Below are positions 15,127 to 15,746 of a stretch of 15,746 nt of DNA, piece by piece. Numbering within the stretch: the first letter of the stretch is position 1; the number at the start of each line of letters is the position of its first letter. The DNA comes from Chlamydiota bacterium. GTDB taxonomy: Bacteria > Chlamydiota > Chlamydiia > Chlamydiales > SM23-39. The stretch covers positions 1-15,746 of the forward strand of contig JBCAXK010000037.1 of assembly GCA_038534095.1 (NCBI GenBank), given 5' to 3'. The notes below the pieces were generated by a model. It was not told the origin of the DNA and made no database searches. It saw only the letters and a list, made by a program, of their open reading frames with translations. The position numbers were made by a program, and so were the translations under genes.

Positions 15127-15204
15127 AAAAAGAGCCCCTTTTCTGCTAAAAACATACCATGGTTTGAGGATGCATTTCAATGCACTCTAGCAGAAAAAGG
15201 GCTC
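15127..15204 (-). terminator. Long branched hairpin / probable terminator downstream of the S10 peptidase gene
   Basis: 17-bp inverted repeat GAGCCCCTTTTCTGCTA (15132-15148) / TAGCAGAAAAAGGGCTC (15188-15204), 16/17 paired. The mismatch becomes G-U on the minus strand and a U5 tract follows. Starts 7 nt after the peptidase stop. Confidence 0.6.
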
Positions 15205-15211
15205 AAAGGGC

Positions 15212-15745
15212 TTAAAGACTTTGCTGATAAAAGTCTTTCAAATGGGTAATGAGCTCTTTATGAGCATTTCTTTTCAAATAGATCATATGTCCCGATTCGT
15301 AATTGCGGATCGTCACATTTTTCTGAAAGCGGGGATCCATTCTCGACAGAGTATATTCAGCAGCAGAAAATGGCGTCACAAGATCGTAGTATCCAGAGGC
15401 AGCAAACACCTGCATGAAAGGGTTGATGCTTAGCGCCGTTTCTAACCCGTCTAAAAGAGAATAGCTTTTTGCAATGAACTTCGAGTAATCCCAATTTTCA
15501 TTCACAGTAATGTTGACATCCCTATAGGCAGTTTTGGCTAAGAGGCCCACTTCTTGCTGCAGGTAAGCGTTGAACCCTGCAGAAAAAATCCCTTGTATCT
15601 CAGATACGCTAGGATCTTGCGCAAAGATCGCAGAAGGGGTAGCAAAATAATTGAGGTGGGGGTAATAGTTCCCAGTGATTGTGCTATCATAGGCGCCAAG
15701 GACCCCTGCTTCCTCATCCAAAAAGGTATTGGCAAAGAAAGGAAA
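15212..15745 (-). CDS. Peptidase S10 family serine carboxypeptidase, C-terminal part (5' end outside the window)
   Basis: Catalytic Asp motif SGYYDLVTPF, catalytic His motif YESGHMIY, and LGAYDSTITG ~ VGRYDSRYTG. The frame stays open to the window edge (FPFFANTFLDEEA...). Confidence 0.92.
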   Translation of the reverse strand, partial: FPFFANTFLDEEAGVLGAYDSTITGNYYPHLNYFATPSAIFAQDPSVSEIQGIFSAGFNAYLQQEVGLLAKTAYRDVNITVNENWDYSKFIAKSYSLLDGLETALSINPFMQVFAASGYYDLVTPFSAAEYTLSRMDPRFQKNVTIRNYESGHMIYLKRNAHKELITHLKDFYQQSL

Positions 15746-15746
15746 A

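Noticed and set aside
15061..15249. 62-aa + ORF between bcs1 and the peptidase
   Set aside because: It runs through the terminator-like palindrome and overlaps the peptidase stop; no motif.
1..15746. CRISPR array, prophage, toxin-antitoxin, retron or other defence system
   Set aside because: No regularly spaced repeats, and no cas, reverse transcriptase, integrase or phage structural motifs in any ORF.

Overview
Chromosomal window from a member of the Chlamydiota, probably an environmental lineage rather than Chlamydiaceae. This is inferred from the chlamydial-type ~1070-aa PBP2 and the pbp2 <- -> tRNA-Gly-rpsB-tsf-pyrH-frr-tRNA-Glu-tRNA-Lys arrangement. Left flank: the 3' end and right inverted repeat of an ISAs1-family IS (missed by the ORF track), an orphan 254-aa protein ending in an FGDF motif, a Wza-like lipoprotein that seems to lack its PES/D1 domain, and a UDP-glucuronate-decarboxylase-like ORF whose NAD-binding and catalytic motifs are erased. 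Right flank: a Trm112-like/SAM methyltransferase, a 553-aa coiled-coil orphan, a ~1-kb gene-free stretch with two candidate structured RNAs, a Bcs1-like cytidylyltransferase-SDR fusion, and the 3' part of an S10 carboxypeptidase followed by a long branched hairpin. No CRISPR array, prophage or recognisable defence system was seen. The best novelty candidates are the FGDF-tailed putative effector, the pair of degenerate but open polysaccharide genes, and the candidate sRNAs. All three are hypotheses from reading the sequence by eye; no database search or folding computation was run.
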